Below are positions 55,388 through 64,000 of a stretch of DNA of 64,000 nucleotides, piece by piece. A program made the position numbers and the translations under genes. The stretch comes from Eledone cirrhosa (Eukaryota), in the NCBI GenBank assembly GCA_964016885.1, contig OZ024743.1, positions 213,342,001-213,406,000 of the forward strand. Reading direction: 5' to 3'. The notes beneath the pieces are model-generated. The model searched no databases and was not told the DNA's origin. It was given only the letters and a program-made list of their open reading frames with translations. Within the stretch, counting starts at the first letter, position 1. Every line of letters begins with the position of its first letter.

Positions 55388-55477
55388 AAGAAGAAGAAGA
55401 AGAAGAAGAAGAAGGATAGAAGAAGAAGAAGAAGAAGAAGAAGAAGAAGAAGAAGAAGAAGAAGAAGAAGAAGAAGA
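55388..55477. repeat. (GAA)n microsatellite
   Basis: Directly visible. Confidence 0.95.
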
Positions 55478-56103
55478 ACTATACATGCCTGGTTCCAGCT
55501 TCAAAAGGAAATCATTCATAGATATACTGTGATTTCGTATATATGGTTACTTCACAATTACCATGTTTTACGCTGATATCATGATACTCTGAAACATCGA
55601 TGATCAATTCATAATAGAAGCAAACGAGGATTATATACACAGGAGGACGAAATGTAATGGTCTGTGTGATGTGGCCGTTTTCGGATCATTAAGAAATAGC
55701 ATTGACAACAACATAATAAAGAAAAGTAAGATACCAAATTAACTTAAGGCTAAAATAATTAATTACAATGTAGAGAGATGTAAATGTAAGCAAGATTTTG
55801 TTAAGCAAATTAGTGACAAGTCCTGTAGATAATCATCAAGTAGTAGCGGCGTTAGTGATTAGTACAAAAAAAAAATGACAATTGATACATGGTAAACAGA
55901 GTAAAGAGAGGATACAAATACAAGAAAGAATATGACTTACTGTTGAGGAAAATACAGGAACCAATGCTTACATTTTACAAGAAGACTTTGAAAGACGCCC
56001 AATGGCGATTCATTAACAACGTCATACGCAATATGCCGACAGCTGATATATATATATATATATATTTCTATTTTATGGAAAGAATATATATATATAGGCG
56101 CAC

Positions 56104-56172
<69 letters not shown>

Positions 56173-56261
56173 AAAGGTGAAGTTAGCACGGGAAATTTTC
56201 TGTGCTATTTCCAATATTACATTTTCTCTATATCCACTGTTTTGTAATATATATATATATA

Positions 56262-56450
56262 ACGAAGGAGGTGTTGTAAGGAACCAGATGGACCATAACG
56301 CACCAGAGTACTCAATACTTAGGGTAGTAGAGTGGGTAATAGGAAAATGTTTAACCCCGACGGCAGAGGCCAAGCCGTTTCGACGGCTATTTCAGTCAAG
56401 AAATAGCCGTCGAAACGGCTTGACCTCTGCCGTCGGAGTTAAACATTTTC
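56262..56450. mobile_element. Family A copy ending in a hairpin with 51-bp arms (56343-56450)
   Basis: gaaaatgtttaac...ggctatttc-agtcaa-gaaatagcc...gttaaacattttc. Confidence 0.8.
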
Positions 56451-56767
56451 ATATATATATATATATATATATATGAAGACGCACACACACACATACACAG
56501 ACACATAGACACACGCACGAGCACGCACACACACAAAAACACACACATATATATACATATATATAAAGAGTGTTTGGGAGATAGGGAGAGAAAGGTAAAA
56601 ATGACTCAAACAATAAAGGAAATACAAAAGGGAGAGGCAATTGCAAAACGTGTGAAGTTAAAACAATGTGTACCGTGAACATATTTAACTCGAATGAAAT
56701 AAAAAGGAAAGGGTCTGATGTTGGGTAACACACTTCAGCGAAGTATAGTAAAACGAGAAATAAGAAT

Positions 56768-56977
56768 GGTTTCGTATATTGGCACATGGCCAGCAATTTT
56801 GGGTGAGGGGAAAGTCGATTAAATCGACCCCAGTGCGTCACTGGTACTTTATTTTATTGACCCCATAAGGATGAAAGGCAAACTTAACCTCGGAGGGATT
56901 TGAACTCAGATTATAAAGGGCCGTAACTCTATACTGCAGAGCATGGCGTCCGACCCTCTACCAATACTGCCAATCCA
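56768..56977 (-). mobile_element. SINE
   Basis: Reverse-complement A and B boxes and core; aagaatg on both sides. Confidence 0.88.
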
Positions 56978-57084
56978 CAAGAATGAAATGAGAAATGTGT
57001 TAGAATGATAACAAATTAAAGAGAGAAAACAGTGCCCAACACGGAAGTAAAGCTAAAATATTCATTTTTATTACGATAAATTGT

Positions 57085-57125
57085 GAGCCTGATGACCCTG
57101 TGCGAAACTCCAGAGTATTTAGCTT
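57085..57125 (+). ncRNA. Possible hammerhead core next to (TA)n
   Basis: CUGAUGA-cccugugc-GAAACUC-CA-GAGUA; stems I and II are weak. Confidence 0.4.
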
Positions 57126-57156
57126 TAATAAAATTGAATATATATATATATATATA

Positions 57157-57227
<71 letters not shown>

Positions 57228-57363
57228 GTGACGATAAGAAGTGAGATTTGCAGCTTGTTATGAAACTTTATTGCATATTACAACTGTTTCGATATCGATC
57301 AGCTCGTGTTTAATCAGGCGATCGGATCCTGACACCTAATCGACACCTCTTCAGATATGCGAG

Positions 57364-57457
<94 letters not shown>

Positions 57458-58390
57458 CATATATATATGTATGAATGTGTGTGTGTGTGTATGTGTGTGT
57501 GTGTAAGAGTGTGTGTGTGTGTGCATAAAGGTATATGTACATATGTATATATGTAAATATGTATGTGCATACGGGTGTCAAGAAATTCCACAATCGATCC
57601 ATCGAACGAAAATATGGTGTGATATAATTATTTCCTCCTATTTTCCCAGTCGACTTTGCCTCTCCTTTCTCACCGAGTTCAATTAAATAAGTGCCAGACA
57701 AAGAATTCAGATTGATATCATCGATTCTAATCGATTCTAACCGTAAAAAATGGCTTCTTGGCTTGGTTGAAGTCCGAAGACTAAAGCCGGTCAGGAATAA
57801 AAAAGCCTCTACAAATTGAACCTTAAAATTCCAGTCCATTACTATAACTCGATCAAGGTGTAGATCGATGTCAATGATTAAGGTATCCTAAACACAAATA
57901 CAAAAAAAACAAAACATAATATTAAAAAAAATGCAAACCAAATAAACAGGAACATAAAACCAATGCAATAAAAAAATCCTGGAGCGTGATGTACAACTGC
58001 ATGAGTCACAAAGAAGACAATATTATCAGCAAGTCAATGCTTTTCATGGATTGGTATTGATATTAATCCACAGAGAGGTATGCTAATAAATGTGTTTTTA
58101 TCATGATATGACTAAGTGAAAACATCTGAAAGATTTCTCGAATGTCTTTTATGTATTTCATTTATTTCCTTCAGAGAAGAAAAAAGTATAAGAAAAGAAA
58201 AAAGAAAAGAAAAGAAATGAAGGTAGAAAAATAAAAAAAGAAGAGTAAAGATATAGTGTTAGACAAATAGAGAGGAAGAGAGATAAAAGGTGACAGAGAA
58301 TGTGTGAGAGAGAGAGAGTGTGAAAGAGAAAACGAGAGAAAGAGAGAGTGAAAGAGACAGAGGGAAATATATATATATACATATATATAT

Positions 58391-58473
<83 letters not shown>

Positions 58474-59124
58474 TAGAGAAACAAATATATATATAGAGAG
58501 AGAGGAGGTGGAGATGAAAAAAACCGTTATGAGAAAATACTTGAAAATCCTCATTTGATTTATTTGTTTTGCAACACTAAGGTAGAGAAAATCCCTTAAT
58601 CTTTAGAATTCAAAAGCATAGAATTAAAATAAATAAATAGATAACTTCAACAGAAACAACACAACAACGACAAGAACAGCAACAACAGCGGCACCAATAA
58701 TGATAAAAAGAAGAAAAAGAAGAAAAAGAAGAAAAAGAAGAAAAAGAGAAAAAGAAGAACAACAACAATAAAAAAAATAAATTTAGATTGTGGATTATTG
58801 TTTTAAATTATGTCGGGAATCAATTGAATTGAATATTAAAGCATGATCGATAATATTGATCAGAAAAAATGTGGTTACTTCTATTGGAAGATATGAACTT
58901 AATTTGAAGCTTGATTGTTTTTTTTAAATATTTTTTAATAATTTCACTTTAAAATGATGGAGCTTTAGTTTTGCGAAAATTAGCCAACTTTGTTCGGAAG
59001 AGGTTAACATTTGGGTAGTTGAAACCGAGCATATCTTTTCAATCTTCAATTTTCTGTTCAAGTCATTTAATTCCAGTGTTATCACTAATACCCTGAGAAA
59101 ATCTAAGTTTAAAGTTTGTCTCGA

Positions 59125-59370
59125 GCCCTGAGGCTCATCAGGCCGGTACTTATTCCGTTTTTCGTGGCTTTAAACAACTAAATAGGACGCCATTCCATCG
59201 CAGGGCTAACCCCCAGCTATTGCTGGTACTCATTTTCAGATTAGTTTACTGGAGCAACGTACAAAAAAGTATTTTGCTCAAGAACACAACTCACAACCCA
59301 GTTCAGGAATTGAATCCACGACTTTATGATCGTAAGCCCAACACACTTACCATTAGGTCGCGTGCCTTTA
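59125..59370 (-). mobile_element. Second tRNA-derived SINE family
   Basis: Minus strand: cctaatggtaag...ggattcaattcc tRNA head followed by gtgttcttgagcaaaatac. Confidence 0.7.
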
Positions 59371-60179
59371 CATTCTTAGAAAGTATTGAATATTATTTAC
59401 CCCATGTAGAATCTTTGCATCAAATAGTTTGAGTGGTAGACTTAATCCATCAACCGGTTTAACATACTTAGGTACCTTTAGCAGACTCCAATCTGTTTCA
59501 AGCATTCAAGCCAGATCTCCGGTTTGAAAATAACTTCATTCATCTTTTCACACTCTAGGAGTTTCTATTAAAAGGTCATGAAGACTATCTTTCTCTACCT
59601 GACCAATCAGTAAAAAAACAAAAAAAACAAAAATCATAAAAAAACGGATACTTTATAAGCTTGGCGATGACCTTAAATAATATTCGAGATGCTGATATTT
59701 AAATTTTTAGTTTGCTTTTCGGTTAAAGCATTTCCAAAGTAGAATCACGTAAATATTCACACCTCTAGACGTGTATCAACCACAACAAGGAAACATGTAT
59801 TTGATGACTATATACACCTATTTGCTCTTTGTATTCTTCTATATATCTGAATTAATTACCAACCCGAGTGTTAATTTTATCTAAATGAGTATGTTCATTT
59901 CAGAATAGTACTGAGAACGAAAGGGTATATATAGCCATTGTGGTTGGTTGGATGACATACACGTCTTCTCATGATATACACATCTTCTCCAATTAGATCC
60001 GAAAATCGATTAAACACGTTTATCAATTTTTCAATTTACAGAGAAATTTGTATTTCCTGGCATATTTACATGCCTATATATTAGATATGTGTATATTTCT
60101 ATACAAGTTGGTGCATTCTCGGTTACACATTCTGTATTTATACAGATATAACTTTATCATATATATATATGTGTGTGTA

Positions 60180-60410
60180 TGCAAAGAGTAAAGGGAAACA
60201 ACTAAGAAAACAAGACAGTACAAAAAGGAAATATATTAGTTTAACGCTTGATATAGTAGGAAAAGTGTCTCTATGTTTTGGACACTAGTCCTTCATCAGA
60301 AGATAGAATGAGAAATAAAAGATCAAATTGAAAGATAAACCATTAGAAGTGGAACAGGCGGAAAAATGTTTGAGAAAAAAATACTTGTGTATTCAATCAG
60401 CCATTTTCTT
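60180..60410 (-). mobile_element. Family C unit; hammerhead GAAA mutated to AAAA
   Basis: gttttggacactagtccttcatcagaag. Confidence 0.75.
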
Positions 60411-60933
60411 TATATACATGTATGTATACAGTTGGGCGGTACATAAAAATGTTCAATCCTTAATTAAATGAATATTTAATGTATGGAAGTAGATTATAAA
60501 TAAAGGATGAAATAAAGGATGGCAGTGATTTTCAGATTTCAGCGAATGCACGTGCGCTCAACACATACTTATACGCACGCGCACAAACATGTCTTCATAG
60601 CCAACCATCAGCTGTTAAAACTGTATGGTCTCATTAACTGATATATACCAAACGCTTCTTTAGAAAAAGGCTATAAACACGCTCTGTAAAGGTTTAATTG
60701 AATGCTAAGCTATATCGGAACAATACATCACATTTCTTAACAAAGCAACACAAACATTCACGCACACTCACACAAACACACTCACTCAAACACACACACC
60801 TTTACGCAAACGCACACAGACACATGAACATACCCAACACATCAAAGAGAATATTTATTCGTTCAATAATATAATTAGATATAATTCCTAACACGTATAT
60901 TTGGGTTCAACGACCGAAAGATCATTTACCATG

Positions 60934-60967
<34 letters not shown>

Positions 60968-60999
60968 ATACACACACACACACACACATATATATATGT

Positions 61000-61215
61000 A
61001 AAAGGTAAACAGAAATAACAACACAATCGGTACAGTATATGGAAGGAATATATTAGGTTAACGCTTGATATACCAGGAAGAGGGTCTTAACGTTTCGGAC
61101 GCTAGTCCTCCATCAGAAGAAACAATGAGAAATAAGATAGATTGAGGGGACCGGCGGTTGGAATTGGAAAAAATGTCTTTAGATAAAAATAACAGGTCCA
61201 TTCATGTTGATATAT
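61000..61215 (-). mobile_element. Family C unit, close to the 45170-45395 copy; core reads CUGAUGG
   Basis: tcttaacgtttcggacgctagtcctccatcagaaga. Confidence 0.8.
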
Positions 61216-61295
61216 TATAACAAGCTGAATGAGTTGGGGTGTATATAAATAAAAATACATACATTGGTATAACCAACTTCAGACTGAATCCATCT

Positions 61296-61340
<45 letters not shown>

Positions 61341-61376
61341 CCCTCCGCCATTCAGAAATGCTTCCACCGCCACTGC

Positions 61377-62445
61377 CACACTCCCCCCGGCCTGAACTCC
61401 CCACCCTTATTCCTTTAGCCTTCGACTGCCCCCCTCCCCCCACACGTATCCCCCACTAACACCACTAACACACCCCTCCCTTTCTCTAACACTCACTCAT
61501 CCCACTAACACCTCAACTAATACACACACACCCCCGCCACACTCCAACTTTCACACCTACCCATCCTCGCCCCTTTACCATTCCACCCTACTGCTGCTAT
61601 GGCCTCTGACCACCTCCCAGCACACACAGACACACAGCACTCCTACTGCCTTGACCACTTCCTGTTGCGCGCGCACCCCACATCTCCCCTCTTCCGACCA
61701 ATCTCTTCACGGATTACTCGTATGTGGACCTTGACCGCGGAATCAACTACCATCCTAGGATTTTACCAACCTTTCCACCACATCTTCTTACGGAATCACC
61801 TTTACGACTCACCCCCCCCCCCCCAAAAAAAAAATGTTTCCCACTCGCCACCTACACCCACAACACGCTTAAACACCACACACACGGGCATTCCACCACA
61901 TATTTACACATTCAACCTCCGGATTCCTCCCCTACCCCTCTATCAACACACGCACACACACTCCGACCTACACCCCACCCCACACACACCTCTTCCTGAA
62001 CATGCAACCCCGTTCTTCCCCCAACCCTTGCTTTCACATACACACACAAACACACACACACACACACACACGTACACCTACACACACACACCACCTTCAG
62101 CCCTCCCCGCTCGGACACCCCGTCTCCATCTCCCTACTCCACGCGCCACCACCCCTACACGCCCCACACCCTTCCACCACCTGTTTTATCCCATTTTAAT
62201 TTTATTTTGATCATGCTTTTATTTTTAATTTCATTCGCACCGTTTCCTCCCACCCCTTTTTCGCTATATGTCTCTCCACCACTCCCCTACACTCCCTTTG
62301 AACTCTCTTCCCACACACTTTACACCTGATGAAGGGCTTTGGCCGAAACGTCGTTCCCCACCACCACCCTACTCTCAAGAGCGTGAAATTAATAAACATT
62401 CGTTGTACTGCCTCTCTGTTTTGTTCCTGTTCAAATTTTCCATTA
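61377..62445 (+). mobile_element. C-rich Penelope-like 3' region with a hammerhead core at 62326-62352
   Basis: CUGAUGA-ag-ggc-uuug-gcc-GAAAC-GUC, then aataaa and (TA)n. Confidence 0.65.
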
Positions 62446-62468
62446 TATATATATATATACACATATAG

Positions 62469-62700
62469 CAGTGGCGGTGGAAGCATTTCTGAATGGCGGA
62501 GGGCCAAATTTGGACAATTTAGTTGTATTGATTAGTTTAGCTCTTTGTCCTCTAAAATGGTCAGAAAGTTTCGATATGCGATAAACATAACATGTACATA
62601 AATTATAGCGCATATGCAAATAAATGTGTGTTTTAGTAGTTTAAGGAGAAAATATAATTATTGCAGGGGGCATGCCCCTCCCCTCCAGGACCAGTACCTC
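62469..62700 (+). mobile_element. hAT-like MITE left end; its inverted terminus also occurs at 61337-61376
   Basis: cagtggcggtggaagcatttctgaatggcggagggccaa. Confidence 0.6.
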
Positions 62701-63443
62701 TGTATAACTATAATCAAAAAGAAAAATATGCTCATTGCCCTATCCGAAGGTGTTAATACATCGAACTTCGCATTTGGTAAGAAACTGGTATTACACCTAA
62801 TATATTCATCTCAAATATATATATATATAGTAATAATAATAAATTTGAAGACTAAATCCAAAGAGGGCTCGAAAAGGATAAATATATATCAAATATATAA
62901 GAACCCTCGACAAATATTTATTAAATAACAGCGATTCTTTGGTTAGAGTTTAATCTGTTATTTTAATAAATATATATATACATATACATACATAGATATA
63001 TACATTGATTTATTATGGGTATTGGTGAGCTTTATTACTCTACTTCGGTATTGCGTTTTCATTCTTACGTCCGTCAATAATTTACATATTCTCAGGTCAT
63101 GAAAAATAATCCCCATCCCCCGCTTATCAATTTCTCTGATTCCTCACCCCGGTTTTTATTCCATGTCTGTATATCTACAACCACCAAATTCCTACACCTC
63201 TCTGAAACGACTACACGGTATTCTGTTCTATATCAATTACCACTTGATATAGACGTGAATTACTTCGCTCCGGATTTTTACGGATTATTGTCAAAAAAAC
63301 TGTGAGTTCTTTGCTCAATTTAATAGCATTGTTTAGTTTAACGCCTTGCCTGGGCTGTCAGACGTTGAGTCAACTAATTTTCGCCCCTTTCTGGGGCGAA
63401 ATTTTCATTTTCATCTCAAAACTGTGTAGACTTGGTATCAGCA

Positions 63444-64000
63444 ATGGATGCCATTTCCACCTCGCACACTGTCGTGAGTGCCACGCCCACTAAGAAAAGT
63501 GGTGGATGGAAGGTAGGAGTACAAAGCTTGCAGCCTTCCCCCCTCGCATTATCGAAAAACGTTGAAAATATTGAAACCACGAAACCAAACCCGGTAAATA
63601 ATACCAGCACCAACAACAAGAACAATGACAATAACACCACAACCAACAACTGCAACAATAGCAACACCAAGGAAAACATGAACAATATTACCAACAGTGA
63701 CAGCAACAAAAAAGACAACAACACCAAAACAACATTCGCACAGACTGTAAAAAAAAACGAACTATTTACGCCAATCGACATAACAAATGCTAAACAACTA
63801 TTACAAGACGCAAAACAATTCGTGACTCTTGGCGAAAACGGTGCTTTTAGCATCAATTCTCCACAGGAATTACGTAGAGAGGCTGTCCTGAAAACCACAG
63901 TTTTCAGGACAATATCGAACGAAACAAGAAAACCAGCTCAATTATCACAAAATGAAATTATGCTGGTTCTAAAAGATGCAATGAAGGACTTAACCTTCAT
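63444..64000 (+). CDS. Open frame of at least 185 aa running off the window; probable ORF1 (gag-like) of a non-LTR retrotransposon
   Basis: MDAISTSH... Asn/Thr-rich linker, then TFAQTVKK...LRREAVLKTTVFRTIS...; no stop before the window end, so it is absent from the ORF track. Confidence 0.5.
   Translation, partial: MDAISTSHTVVSATPTKKSGGWKVGVQSLQPSPLALSKNVENIETTKPNPVNNTSTNNKNNDNNTTTNNCNNSNTKENMNNITNSDSNKKDNNTKTTFAQTVKKNELFTPIDITNAKQLLQDAKQFVTLGENGAFSINSPQELRREAVLKTTVFRTISNETRKPAQLSQNEIMLVLKDAMKDLTF

Noticed and set aside
57572-57839. Non-repetitive ~89-aa minus-strand peptide
   Set aside because: No recognisable motif, and the ORF length is inflated by the adjoining GT repeat
61599-62210. 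203-aa Pro/His/Thr-rich ORF
   Set aside because: It results from C/A-rich low-complexity sequence that lacks stops
63416-63898. 160-aa hydrophobic minus-strand ORF
   Set aside because: It is the antisense shadow of the AAC-rich plus-strand frame

Overview
AT-rich, microsatellite-saturated eukaryotic repeat DNA with no host gene that I can support. The SINE sequences and the repeat landscape suggest an octopus or other cephalopod (inference). Nearly all listed ORFs are microsatellite translations. The real coding content is transposon-derived: (1) a ~10 kb nest (17.1-27.0 kb) inside one (TATG)n array, holding three ~600 bp non-autonomous RTE derivatives, a 5'-truncated RTE LINE with an intact RT and three C-terminal C2H2 fingers, and a decayed R4/Dong RLE retrotransposon that is itself split by a Chapaev3-type DNA transposon; (2) about ten fold-back (inverted-repeat) elements in (TA)n tracts, many carrying minimal type-I hammerhead ribozymes and tied to Penelope-like elements by an inverted GIY-YIG fragment; (3) many tRNA-derived SINEs plus hAT and mariner MITEs; (4) a probable LINE ORF1 running off the right edge. 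Coordinates were counted by eye and may be off by a few bases. Family names come from recalled motifs, not from database searches.
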